DNA of 42,333 bases from Actinomycetota bacterium (GCA_009886115.1 VFJJ01000027.1:1-42333), one strand, 5' to 3'. Positions 19,684 through 29,214 are shown, counted from the stretch's first letter. Translations and numbers: made by a program. The notes: generated from the sequence alone by a model not told the origin.

Positions 19684-19689
19684 GGACCC

Positions 19690-20847
19690 GTGCCCGTCGC
19701 GGTCATGGTGTCGTTCCGGCTCGGGGGCTCCGACGGGGTCTCGATCGAAGCCGCGAAATGGGCTGACGCCTTGCGAGCCCTGGGTTTCGCGGTCCGCCGG
19801 ATCGCCGGGGAGCTCGGGACGGTCGAGCCCGTCCGACCCGAGGACGTCATCCTCCCCGGCCTGGCGATCGGAGCCGGCACGCCGGTCTCAGCTCCGGCGC
19901 TGGCCTCGGCGATGGCCGCGGCGCTCGTCGGCGTCGACCTCGTCATCGTCGAGAACCTGTTGTCGCTGCCGATGAATCTCGACGCGGCCCGGGTGGTGAC
20001 CTCGACGCTGCGACGGTTCCCGGGACGGGTCGTGCTGCACCATCACGACCTGGCATGGCAGCGCGAGCACTACCGCGGAGTCGACGAGCTCCCTCCTGAG
20101 CTGCCCGGGGCCCTGCACGTCGTCATCAACGACCACTCCCGACGGGAGCTCGCCGACCGGGGCTTCGCCGCGGTCACCGTCCGCAACCACTTCGACCTCA
20201 CGGCCCCGACCGGCGATCGGACCCGGGCCCGGGCCGCGCTCGGTGCATCCGACACCACGATCGTGGTGTTCCAGCCGACCCGGGCCATCGCCCGCAAGAA
20301 CGTCCCGGCTGCAGTGGCGCTGGCCGAGCGATTGGTCGAGCTGACCGGTCGACCCGTCCTGTACTGGCTGTCGGGTCCGGCCGAGGACGGGTACGGGCCC
20401 ACGCTCGATGCCATCCTCGCCGAGGCGGCGGTGCCCATTCGTCGGGGCCTGTGGTCACCGGCGCCCGGGGCGGAAGCGGGCACCGGGGCGGAAGCGGGCA
20501 CCGGGTCGGGAGCGGGCACCGGGCCCGACGGGAAGCTCGGGATCGCCGACGCCTACGCAGCCTGTGACGTCGTGGCGTTCCCGTCGACCTGGGAGGGCTT
20601 CGGCAACCCGGTGATCGAGTCGATCGTGGCCGGACGCCCGCTCGCCGCGGGGAGCTACCCCGCGCTCGACGAGCTGCGCTCGCTCGGGGTCCGGTGGTTG
20701 CCGATCGACGACCCACCGGCCATCGCCCGGGTCATCGAGCATCCCGATGTCGCCATGGTCTCGGCCAACCGCCTCGCGATCGCCAGGCATCTCGACCTCG
20801 CCGATCTCCCCCGACACCTCGCGGAGCTGCTCGATCGGCCAGGATGA
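19690..20847 (+). CDS. Glycosyltransferase family 4 protein
   Basis: DGVSIEAAKW, HHHD, TRAIARKN and FPSTWEGFGNPVIE (E-x7-E). Confidence 0.9.
   Translation: MPVAVMVSFRLGGSDGVSIEAAKWADALRALGFAVRRIAGELGTVEPVRPEDVILPGLAIGAGTPVSAPALASAMAAALVGVDLVIVENLLSLPMNLDAARVVTSTLRRFPGRVVLHHHDLAWQREHYRGVDELPPELPGALHVVINDHSRRELADRGFAAVTVRNHFDLTAPTGDRTRARAALGASDTTIVVFQPTRAIARKNVPAAVALAERLVELTGRPVLYWLSGPAEDGYGPTLDAILAEAAVPIRRGLWSPAPGAEAGTGAEAGTGSGAGTGPDGKLGIADAYAACDVVAFPSTWEGFGNPVIESIVAGRPLAAGSYPALDELRSLGVRWLPIDDPPAIARVIEHPDVAMVSANRLAIARHLDLADLPRHLAELLDRPG
20465..20523. repeat. 18-bp tandem repeat x3 encoding a GAEAGT loop in the GT4
   Basis: ccggggcggaagcgggca x2 plus one degenerate copy. Confidence 0.85.
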
Positions 20848-21254
20848 ACGACATGCGCAACGACGACCTCGATCCCGGGCCGACAGGCGACGGGTCGCCG
20901 TCGCCCGACCCGATCGTCGAGCGGCGGGCCCACATCGCATCGTGGGCCCAGCGCGGCAAGCGCATCGGCTACCTGGCTTTGGTGATCGCCATCGCCGTCT
21001 TCTCGGTGGCGTTGTACTGGGATCTGCCCGAGGCGCTCATGGTCGTGATCGTGGCCTGCCTCGTCATCGCGACGATCACCCTGCTGCCGTCGATCGTGGT
21101 CGGGTATGGCGTCAACGCTGCCGAGCGCGACGAGCGGACCGCGGCTGCAGAGCACGCGCACCGCGCAGCGCCGTCGCAGCCGCCTCGGCAGCCGGCGCCG
21201 GTCGAGAGGTCGTCGTCGAGGCGCCCGGGGTCCGAAGCACCTGATACCCCATAG
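20844..21254 (+). CDS. Small two-TM membrane protein
   Basis: ATGA overlap with the GT4 stop, two hydrophobic helices and GYGVNAAERDE. Confidence 0.7.
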   Translation: MNDMRNDDLDPGPTGDGSPSPDPIVERRAHIASWAQRGKRIGYLALVIAIAVFSVALYWDLPEALMVVIVACLVIATITLLPSIVVGYGVNAAERDERTAAAEHAHRAAPSQPPRQPAPVERSSSRRPGSEAPDTP

Positions 21255-21323
21255 GGGCCCTCGGGTTGGGACCCCTACACTCGGGTGTTCCCTGCACGGC
21301 TCGACCCATTTCCCGGAGTCACC

Positions 21324-22028
21324 GTGAACGCTCGCCTCCCTGCCGACCAGCGCCGCCGACAGCTCTTGGGCGTGGCGCGCACGGTCTTCGCCGAGCGGGG
21401 ATTCCACCTCACGTCGATGGACGATGTCGCCGATGCCGCCGGCGTCACGAAACCCGTGTTGTATCAGCACTTCCGGTCGAAGCGTGCGCTCTTCGGCGAG
21501 CTGCTGTCCGACATCGGGAATCAGTTGGTCCTCGAGTGGTCGACGGCGACGTTCGCGGCGACGGGGCCTCGCGACACCGTGCAGCGCGGCTTCACCGCCT
21601 ACTTCCGCTTCCTCGATGCCGACCCGGCCGCGTTTCGGCTGCTGTTCGGCGCCACCGTCAGGCACGATCCCGAGTTCGGCGACATCTGCGAGGAGATCAT
21701 CGGGCGGATCGCGGCCGAGGTCGTCGGCCTCATCGAGATCGACGGACCGGCAGAGCAGCGCGCCGCCCTCGCGCATGCTCTCGTCGGCATGGCGGAATCG
21801 GTCGGTCGCTGGGTGCTCACCGATCCCACCGTCGAGGCCGGCCTCCCCAGCTCCGAGAAGCTCGCCGAATGGCTCATGGAGCTCTCGTGGTTCGGGCTGC
21901 GGGGCCTCCGCATCCCGACGCTGCAGCCATCGGCGTCCCCCAACGCCTCCGACGGCCCCTCCTCCGGGACCGCCGAACCAGCCGAGTCGTCGACGGCCGG
22001 CCCCTCCGCCGACGCCGCTTCAGCCTGA
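21324..22028 (+). CDS. TetR/AcrR family transcriptional regulator
   Basis: RLPADQRRRQLL...TSMDDVADAAGVTKPVLYQHFRSK HTH. TACACT at 21276-21281 upstream. Confidence 0.93.
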   Translation: MNARLPADQRRRQLLGVARTVFAERGFHLTSMDDVADAAGVTKPVLYQHFRSKRALFGELLSDIGNQLVLEWSTATFAATGPRDTVQRGFTAYFRFLDADPAAFRLLFGATVRHDPEFGDICEEIIGRIAAEVVGLIEIDGPAEQRAALAHALVGMAESVGRWVLTDPTVEAGLPSSEKLAEWLMELSWFGLRGLRIPTLQPSASPNASDGPSSGTAEPAESSTAGPSADAASA

Positions 22029-22121
22029 GGGTTCAGCCAAGCGGTCGTCAGGCCCCGGCGCCGGCCGGTTGCTCTCCAGAGGTCACCGTCGGTCGGTCGA
22101 CGAGCGGCTCGAGGCCAGGTT

Positions 22122-22169
22122 CAGCAGCTCAGCAGTGCAGCAGCTCAGCAGTGCAGCAACTCAGCAGGC
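22122..22169. repeat. 16-bp tandem repeat (cagcagctcagcagtg) x3 spanning the CAP gene stop codon
   Basis: Read directly. The third copy is degenerate and contains the stop codon. Confidence 0.85.
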
Positions 22170-23582
22170 CGGACCGGTGCTGTCGTTGCGAACCACGGGC
22201 TGCAGCGGCGGGGTGCCGGCGGCGTAGCCGGGCGCCGGTGAGCTCGCGACCCGGCCGAAGTTCTCGGTGGCGTAGATCTTGCCGTTGATGCACGTGACCG
22301 CGACACCGACGGTGTCGAAACCGGGTTGGAGGATGTTCACCCGGTGACTGCTCGAGTTCATCAGCATGCTGTGGATGCGGCCCGACGACATGGCCCCGCC
22401 GCTGGCCCAGGCGATGTTCTCGCCCAGACCTTCGAATCGCCCGCTGATGCCGGTGACGGTCATCGCCGCGCTGAGATCGCGGTGCACGAAGCTGCCGGTC
22501 GAGGCCATCGTGCGTGACCAATCGGCCGCCAGCGCGCCCAGGCTGTGGTCCCAGACCAGGGGGCTCAGGCCCCGTGCCGCTCGCTCCTCGTTGATGCGAG
22601 CGACGATGTCGGCTGCGATCTGGCTCTCGATCGAGACCGGCGCCGGTGCTGCGCCCGGGGACGGAACGGGCGTCGGGATCGGTGCCGCGCTCGGGATCGG
22701 GGTCGATCCCCCGAACGCCCGGGCCGTTCCGTCGGCGACGGCCACGACGTACCCGTTGCTCGTCGGCTGGCGCATGATGCCGACGACTGGAGCGCCGACG
22801 GCCGCCGAGCCGAGGTTGGCCGCGTCACCGTACGCGAGCACCGCTCCGCCCTGCGACACGAGCCAGTACCCACGCCCCGAGACCGAGGAGGCCATGCCCA
22901 CGATCGTGTCGGCTCGGGGCTGGCCGCCACCGGAGCCGAGGAACTTGGCGTCACCGAAGCTGAAGATCCCACCATCGTCGGCGGTGAGCCAGTACCCGTT
23001 CCCCGATGCCGTCGCGGTCATCGCGGTGATGGGCTGCACGAGCTTCAAATTGCCGGCGCTGCCGAGGAACTTGGCGTCACCGAAGCTGAAGATCCCACCA
23101 TCGGACGCCACCAACCAATAGCCCCGACTCGCCGGGGTGGCGGCCATTCCGACGATCGGCTGGTTGAGACGCATACCGCCCGTCGAACCGAGGAACTTGG
23201 CGTCACCGAAGCTGAAGATCCCACCATCGGACGCCACCAGCCAATAGCCCCGACCCGTCGACGTGGCCGAGATCCCGACGATCGGGAAGTTGAGCCTCGA
23301 GCCCGACATGGAGCCCAGCGCCGTCGCGTCGCCAACGGGGGCGACGGCACCGTCGGAGGAGGCCAGCCAGAAGCCGGTGCCGCTCGGCGTGGGGGCCATG
23401 CCGACGACGCTGACGGGCGCAGCGCTGGCTGAGCCGGCCAGGACACCAGTGGTGCTGACGACGAACGCCGTGGCGCCGACGGCAAGCGCTGCTGAGGCCA
23501 GAATCGCGCGCAGCGCCCAAGGGCGGGATCGGGACATGGCCAGAGCAGACCACGAGCCGGGGTATGGCAACGTTAATTCCAC
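22161..23582 (-). CDS. Secreted protein with GYWLV-ASDGGIF repeats and C-terminal CAP (SCP) domain
   Basis: Signal peptide, about five 42-aa repeats, and CAP motifs INEERAARGL, GENIA and MNSSSHRVNIL. The start may be ~23530. Confidence 0.88.
   Translation of the reverse strand: MELTLPYPGSWSALAMSRSRPWALRAILASAALAVGATAFVVSTTGVLAGSASAAPVSVVGMAPTPSGTGFWLASSDGAVAPVGDATALGSMSGSRLNFPIVGISATSTGRGYWLVASDGGIFSFGDAKFLGSTGGMRLNQPIVGMAATPASRGYWLVASDGGIFSFGDAKFLGSAGNLKLVQPITAMTATASGNGYWLTADDGGIFSFGDAKFLGSGGGQPRADTIVGMASSVSGRGYWLVSQGGAVLAYGDAANLGSAAVGAPVVGIMRQPTSNGYVVAVADGTARAFGGSTPIPSAAPIPTPVPSPGAAPAPVSIESQIAADIVARINEERAARGLSPLVWDHSLGALAADWSRTMASTGSFVHRDLSAAMTVTGISGRFEGLGENIAWASGGAMSSGRIHSMLMNSSSHRVNILQPGFDTVGVAVTCINGKIYATENFGRVASSPAPGYAAGTPPLQPVVRNDSTGPAC
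22936..23229. repeat. Three identical 42-bp segments at 126-bp period (coding repeats)
   Basis: ccgaggaacttggcgtcaccgaagctgaagatcccaccatcg at 22936, 23062 and 23188. Confidence 0.92.
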
Positions 23583-23845
23583 GGTGGGTTTCCGTGAACT
23601 CCGTCATGCCGACGGAACGACCTGCGCCGCGCCCAGCAATCGGGAGTCGATCCTCGGCCCCGTTGAGCTCGAGGCGGTGTCTGATCCGCCCGAATCGTCG
23701 GAGTGCCGGTGAAGCTACCAACGCGTAGCGTGCGATCTCGAAGGTAAATCGTTCGCCGCGCCTGTCGTCGGAGGCGCTCGATCCGTACACTGACGGCCAG
23801 GGTGAACGGACGCACCGGTTTCCCGGTCGCGCGATGGAGGTTGTG

Positions 23846-24634
23846 ATGACGAGATCCCGAGTTCACGGACGCCGCGTGCTGGTCGTGCTGGCCACGCTGG
23901 CGATCACCCTGTTCTTCACGGTGGGGACGGCCTTCGCCCATTTCCCCGTGGTCTCGGGGACGGTCGCCTGCGCCGACGGCCAGTTCACGATCACCTGGTC
24001 GGTCTGGAACAACGCCGCTGGCGGGAACGAGCCCATACAGCTCACCAGCAGTGTCGTCACCACGAGCAGCCAGTCTCCGGCGACCGTCACCTGGAACGGA
24101 AGCGTCGCCAGCATCGCACCGGGGATCCAGAACAGCGTCTCGGGCACGACCGTGCTCCCCGACTCGCTGACCGGCACCGTCACCCTCACCGTCACCGGCA
24201 GCTACCCGACTGCCGACTTCCCCGACATGGTGCGCAGCCACACCGTCACCCTGCCGCCTCCGTGCCAGGAGACGACCACGACCACCACGACCGCACCCAC
24301 CACCACGACCACGGTCGCGACCACCACAACCGCACCGGCGACCACCACGACCACGGTCGCGACCACCACAACCGCACCGGCGACCACCACGACCGCACCG
24401 GCCACCACGACCACACCGTCCACCGCACCGGCGAGTGCGCCGCAGGCGGTCCCCCCGGCAGGCGGCGGCGGACTCCAGAACACGCCCGCCGGCTCGGGCG
24501 GTCAACTCGCCTTCACGGGCTCGACGATCTTCCCGCTGATGGCCGTGGCGGCGGCTGCCATCGCCGTCGGGACGCTCGCGCTGCGCTGGTCGCGCCGGAA
24601 CAGTTCGCCGAACAGCACCTCGCCACGGGTGTGA
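23846..24634 (+). CDS. Secreted Thr-rich surface protein with LAFTG sortase sorting signal
   Basis: GGAGG RBS and TACACT at 23786-23791. Signal peptide ending AFA, Thr/Pro stalk (42-bp duplication at 24301-24384), then LAFTG, a hydrophobic helix and RWSRR. Confidence 0.85.
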   Translation: MTRSRVHGRRVLVVLATLAITLFFTVGTAFAHFPVVSGTVACADGQFTITWSVWNNAAGGNEPIQLTSSVVTTSSQSPATVTWNGSVASIAPGIQNSVSGTTVLPDSLTGTVTLTVTGSYPTADFPDMVRSHTVTLPPPCQETTTTTTTAPTTTTTVATTTTAPATTTTTVATTTTAPATTTTAPATTTTPSTAPASAPQAVPPAGGGGLQNTPAGSGGQLAFTGSTIFPLMAVAAAAIAVGTLALRWSRRNSSPNSTSPRV

Positions 24635-24713
24635 ACCCCGGGCTCGACCACGAGGCGCTGACCGGGTTGCGGGAACGAGTCGTGTCGCCCACGTTGCGAG
24701 ATCGGCCTGGAGC

Positions 24714-26660
24714 ATGAACGAGCAGCCCGAGTTCACCCTGGGGATCCGGGGCTACGCCGCGCCCGTCGAGATCGGGCGGGGCGGCTTCGGGGTCGTCTAC
24801 CGGGCTCAGCAGGTCGAGCTGCACCGCGAGGTCGCCATCAAGGTGCTGAGGGGAACGGCGCTCGACGATCGCTCGCGGCTCCGGTTCGATCGGGAGCGCA
24901 CGGTGATGGGCTCGCTGTCGAGCCATCCGTCGATCGTCACGATCTTCGACTCCGGCTTCACCGAGCTCGGATCGCCGTTCCTGGCCATGGAGCTCATGGA
25001 CGGGGGTTCGCTCGCCGACCGGCTCGACGGCGAGGGGCCGCTCGAGTGGCAGGAGGTCGCCGAGGTCGGGATCCGCATCGCCGGGGCCCTCGAGGCTGCG
25101 CACCGGGTCGGTGTGTTGCACCGCGATGTGAAGCCCGACAACGTTCTCATGTCGTCGTACGGCGAGGTGAAGCTCACCGACTTCGGCATCGCGTCGATGA
25201 TCGAGGGGACGGTGACCGCCACCGGCAACATCACCGCTTCGGTGGTCCATGCGGCCCCCGAGGTGCTCGAGGGTCGGCCGGCGTCGGTGGCGTCCGACAT
25301 CTACTCCCTGGGCTCCTCGCTGTTCTCGCTCCTGGTGGGGCAGCCGGCCTTTCTCCGCCCCACCGACGAAGGCGTGGTTCAGCTCATCACGCGCATCCTC
25401 ACCAAGCCCGTCCCCGACATGCGCCCGGGGGGAGTTCCGGGCGCCGTCGCAGACGTCATCGAGCAGGCGATGGCCAAGGAGCCCAGCCGGCGGTACACCT
25501 CGGCCGAGGCGTTCGGACGAGCCTTGGCCGATGCCGGAGCGGGGGCCGGGGCCGCGGTCTCGGCCAGCCTGATGGCCATTCGCGATGGGTCACCACGACG
25601 GTCCCGGGCCGAGGCGACGGCCTTGGGTCTGAGAGACGAGCCAACGCCCGACACCGTGCTCACGCCATCGTCGACGCCGCCCACGTTCACTCCGCCCTCG
25701 CTCACGCCCGGGTCGTCGGGCGTCACGCCGTCGCCATCGCCCTCGTTCACGCCACCCTCGTTCACGCCGCCCGGGCTGTCGGGCATCACTCCATCGCCAT
25801 CGCCATCGCCATCGCCATCGCCATCGCCATCGCCGAAGCGGCGGCGTCGGGTCCTGGTCGGCGCAGCGGCAGCCGTGGTGATCATCGGTCTCACGGGGAT
25901 CGCGCTCGCCCTCTCGGGTGGAGGTGACGAAGTCGTCGTCACGGGCGAGACCGACCCAACCGGTGCGGCGCAGGCCGATGGTTCCACCACGACGCCCACC
26001 CAGCCGGCCGCCTCGTCCCCCGACGTCTCGGGCTCGACGACGTCGACCTCGAGCGCGGCGTCGCCCACCAGGTCCGGCGGATCAGCCACCCGCGGCACCA
26101 CGATCGAGACCGACACGGCCGGCATCGCCGGGCTTCCCACGACGACGCCCGTCCCGACACCCACGACCGCACCACGAACGACGACCACCGCCACCACAGC
26201 GCCGGTCACCACAGCACCGGCGACCACCACGACCCTGCCCGCCGAGGTGGGCATCCCCGCGGTGACCGGCCAGGATCTCGCCAGCGCGACCCGGACCCTG
26301 AACCAGGCTGGCCTGTCCAACGTGACCAGCACCGTCGACTGCTTCGGCTCGCCCGACCGGGGCAAGGTCTTCAGCCAGGACCCCGCCCCGGGCTTCGTGG
26401 TCGCCCGCGAGTCGGTGGTGCACCTCAAGGTCGAGGACTCGTCCTGCGCCTTCGTTCCCAGCGTCGTGGGCTCCGACCTCGACACCGCGCTCGCAACACT
26501 CGGGTCGGCGAACTTCGCCTATCAATGGAGCTCGGCGTGTCTCGGCGGCCCGGTCCCCAACGCCGTCGTGAGCCAGACTCCGGCGGGCGGAGCCGACGTC
26601 AAGGCATCGACCGTCGTGGTGCTGCGCATCCAGGCCGACGGCTGTCAGAGCGCTCCGTAG
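24714..26660 (+). CDS. Hanks-type Ser/Thr protein kinase with TM and two PASTA-like domains
   Basis: GRGGFGVV, VAIK, HRDVKPDN, DFG and APE. (ccatcg)x7 SP linker at 25791-25832, a TM, then IPAVTGQ and VPSVVG PASTA starts. Confidence 0.93.
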   Translation: MNEQPEFTLGIRGYAAPVEIGRGGFGVVYRAQQVELHREVAIKVLRGTALDDRSRLRFDRERTVMGSLSSHPSIVTIFDSGFTELGSPFLAMELMDGGSLADRLDGEGPLEWQEVAEVGIRIAGALEAAHRVGVLHRDVKPDNVLMSSYGEVKLTDFGIASMIEGTVTATGNITASVVHAAPEVLEGRPASVASDIYSLGSSLFSLLVGQPAFLRPTDEGVVQLITRILTKPVPDMRPGGVPGAVADVIEQAMAKEPSRRYTSAEAFGRALADAGAGAGAAVSASLMAIRDGSPRRSRAEATALGLRDEPTPDTVLTPSSTPPTFTPPSLTPGSSGVTPSPSPSFTPPSFTPPGLSGITPSPSPSPSPSPSPSPKRRRRVLVGAAAAVVIIGLTGIALALSGGGDEVVVTGETDPTGAAQADGSTTTPTQPAASSPDVSGSTTSTSSAASPTRSGGSATRGTTIETDTAGIAGLPTTTPVPTPTTAPRTTTTATTAPVTTAPATTTTLPAEVGIPAVTGQDLASATRTLNQAGLSNVTSTVDCFGSPDRGKVFSQDPAPGFVVARESVVHLKVEDSSCAFVPSVVGSDLDTALATLGSANFAYQWSSACLGGPVPNAVVSQTPAGGADVKASTVVVLRIQADGCQSAP

Positions 26661-27853
26661 AGCGCGTCGAAGATCGTCCGCCAGCGAGGATCGTTGCGGG
26701 TCGAACCCTGCCAGTGCTGGCTCATCACGTAGCCGAACCCGATTCCGGCGTCGGGATCGGCGACGCCGAGCGAGCCGCCGGCCCCGTTGTGACCGTAGGT
26801 TCGCATCCCCGGCCCGAAGCGCCACTCGGGCTGGGTGATCTCGAAACCCAGCCCGAAACGGGTGCGCAGGCTCATCACGAGGTCGAATCCGTCCACATGG
26901 ATCCGGGACGCCTCGTCGACCAGTTCCGCGCCGAGGATCCGGGTACCGTCCAGCTCGCCGCCGTTGGCCATGGCCGCGTAGAGCCGGGCCAGTGAACGGG
27001 CGTTGGTCATGGCGTTCGACATGGGGATCTCGGCCGCCCGGTACTGCCGGGAGTTGCAATGGTCGAAGTCGATGGCATCGGGCGGGTTGGCGAAGCTCAT
27101 GGCGCCCAACCGGTGCGTGGCGAAGTGCGCCGAGAACGTGAGCTCGCCCGGGCCCAGTGCCGGCGCCGGAAGAGTGTCGGCGATTCGGGCATCGAGCTCG
27201 GGGCCGGCGCCGATGTGGACGTCGAGACCGAGCGCCGGGTTGAGGTCGGAGCGGAGGAACTGCCCGAGCGTCGTGCCCGAGGCCCGGCGGAACACCTCGC
27301 CGACGAGATGGCCGTAGGTGACACCGTGGTAGCCGTGGCCCGTGCCCGGCTCCCACATCGGAGCCTGAGCGGCGAGGGCCTCGACCATGGCGTTCCAGTC
27401 GGACAGGTCGCCGTGGTTCATGCGCTTGGTGATCGCCGACACCCCCGACTGGTGCGTGAGGAGCCAGCGCACGGGGATCTCGCCCTTTCCCGACTGCGCG
27501 AACTCGGGCCAATAGCGCGCCACCGGAGCGTCGAGATCGACGAGGCCCCGCTCCACCAACATGAGGAGCTCGATCGCCACCACGCCCTTTGTCGACGAGA
27601 ACACACAGGTGAGCGTGTCGCGCTCCCACGGCCGGCTGCGGGCGCGGTCGGCCCAGCCGCCCCAGACGTCGACCACCGGACGCCCGCCGGCGTACACGCA
27701 CAACGCTGCGCCGCGCTCGAAGGCCGGGTACCCGCCCGAGCCCACGGTGAAGTTCTCGACGAACGCGTCGCGAACCGCAGAGAAGGCCGGATCGACGGTT
27801 CCCGCGAACGGGATGCTCGCTCCGTCGGGTCCGCTGATGGTGGAGGCGCTCAT
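26645..27853 (-). CDS. Serine hydrolase, beta-lactamase fold (family VIII esterase-like)
   Basis: SxxK (FSSTKG), LLTHQSG, WEPGTGHGYH and GHNGAGGS. Confidence 0.93.
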   Translation of the reverse strand: MSASTISGPDGASIPFAGTVDPAFSAVRDAFVENFTVGSGGYPAFERGAALCVYAGGRPVVDVWGGWADRARSRPWERDTLTCVFSSTKGVVAIELLMLVERGLVDLDAPVARYWPEFAQSGKGEIPVRWLLTHQSGVSAITKRMNHGDLSDWNAMVEALAAQAPMWEPGTGHGYHGVTYGHLVGEVFRRASGTTLGQFLRSDLNPALGLDVHIGAGPELDARIADTLPAPALGPGELTFSAHFATHRLGAMSFANPPDAIDFDHCNSRQYRAAEIPMSNAMTNARSLARLYAAMANGGELDGTRILGAELVDEASRIHVDGFDLVMSLRTRFGLGFEITQPEWRFGPGMRTYGHNGAGGSLGVADPDAGIGFGYVMSQHWQGSTRNDPRWRTIFDALYGAL

Positions 27854-29214
27854 GGGGTGCTCCCTTTTCCCGGCTCGGGCTGGCGTTCGTACGGATCGAG
27901 CTCCAGACGGCGTTTGATGGCCCCCGTGAGCGCGGCAGCAGCGGCGCCGTCGAGCACACGGTGGTCGTAGGCGATCGACAACGTCATCTCGGGCCGCACG
28001 GCCGGGCGACCGTCGACGGCGACGACCCGATCGGCCAGCGCACCGACGAACACCAGCATGGCCTCGCCGTCGTTGAGGACCGGGGTGCCAGCCCGGATGC
28101 CCCAGGCACCCAGGTTCGAGACGGTCGCGCTGGCCAGGCCGGTGTCGTCGGGACCGAGCCGCCCGGTGCGGCCCAGCTCGACGAGACGCCGGCGCTGCGT
28201 CGTGATCTCCTGCACCGACAAGCGATCGGCATCACGAACCACACCGACGACGAGCCCCCGCTCGGTGTCGATGGCGATGCCGATGCGCACGTCGGCGAAA
28301 CGCAGGAGATGGCCGTCGTCGTAGCGGGCGTTGGCGTCGGGCTGATCGGCCAGGGCCCGAGCAGCGGCCGCGACGACCGCGTCGGTCACCGTGGGTGCGC
28401 TGGGGTCGCCCTGAGCCGTGACCGAGGCTCGAGCCGCCAGCCGGCTGCCGTCGATGTCGACCATCTGCACGAAATGCGGCACGGTGGTCCACGAGCGGGT
28501 GAGGCGCTTCACCGCCGTGCGGCGCAACGGTGACAGCGGGAGGCGGTCGCGTACGAGACGGCCGCCGGCCACGTCCGCCACGCCGGCTGGCGCCGCCTCG
28601 CCGGCCACGTCGGGCACGGGCACGTCGGCCAGGGGCACGTCGCGTTCGACGACCAGCCCGTCGGGGCCCGATCCCACGAGGGTGGCGGGGTCGATGCCCC
28701 GCTCGCGGGCGAGCAGCCGAGCCCGGGGCGAGATCAGACCCCGAGCGCCGCTGGGAACGGCAGGCCCGCCAGCAGCGTCGCCGAAACGGTGAGCCGCGTC
28801 AGACCCGGCGACAGGCCCTTCAGAGTAGCCAGCACCTTCGGTGCGGCCCGCGGCACTCGAGCCCTCGGAGCCCTCAGAACCACCCGCGGCACCGGAGCCG
28901 CCCAGACCGTCAGAACCCCCAGCGCCACCAGAGCCGTCGAGGACGACGCACAGCAGGGTACCGATCGCCAACTCGTCGCCGGGTCGGGCCTGATGCGGGC
29001 CGAGCACCCCGTCTGCCGGCGCCTCCACGGGGATCTCGGTCTTGTCGGTCTCGACCACGGCGATCACGTCGCCTCGACGCACGAGCTCGCCCGCCTCGAT
29101 CGCCCATGAGAGCAGCACCGCCGTCTCGGCCGACTGGCCCAGGCTCGGCACCCGCACCTCCATCGACGACCGGCCCGGCCCGGGCGCCGGGTCGTGGCGG
29201 TCGGAGGCGCTCAT
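27850..29214 (-). CDS. 2-oxoacid/acetoin dehydrogenase E2 (dihydrolipoamide acyltransferase)
   Basis: Lipoyl domain VETDKT, E3-binding SPRARLLA...GSGPDG, and catalytic SNLG and DHRVLDG. The ATG at 29214 overlaps the E1-beta stop. Confidence 0.92.
   Translation of the reverse strand: MSASDRHDPAPGPGRSSMEVRVPSLGQSAETAVLLSWAIEAGELVRRGDVIAVVETDKTEIPVEAPADGVLGPHQARPGDELAIGTLLCVVLDGSGGAGGSDGLGGSGAAGGSEGSEGSSAAGRTEGAGYSEGPVAGSDAAHRFGDAAGGPAVPSGARGLISPRARLLARERGIDPATLVGSGPDGLVVERDVPLADVPVPDVAGEAAPAGVADVAGGRLVRDRLPLSPLRRTAVKRLTRSWTTVPHFVQMVDIDGSRLAARASVTAQGDPSAPTVTDAVVAAAARALADQPDANARYDDGHLLRFADVRIGIAIDTERGLVVGVVRDADRLSVQEITTQRRRLVELGRTGRLGPDDTGLASATVSNLGAWGIRAGTPVLNDGEAMLVFVGALADRVVAVDGRPAVRPEMTLSIAYDHRVLDGAAAAALTGAIKRRLELDPYERQPEPGKGSTP

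Noticed and set aside
22936..23229. Three identical 42-bp repeats with regular spacing, resembling a CRISPR array
   Set aside because: The period is 126 bp (42 codons) within an ORF, the spacers are mutually homologous protein repeats, and there are no cas genes.
23583..23845. Possible c-di-AMP (ydaO) or other riboswitch upstream of secreted/cell-wall genes
   Set aside because: I could not find the conserved ydaO segments on either strand. An Rfam/Infernal scan would settle it.
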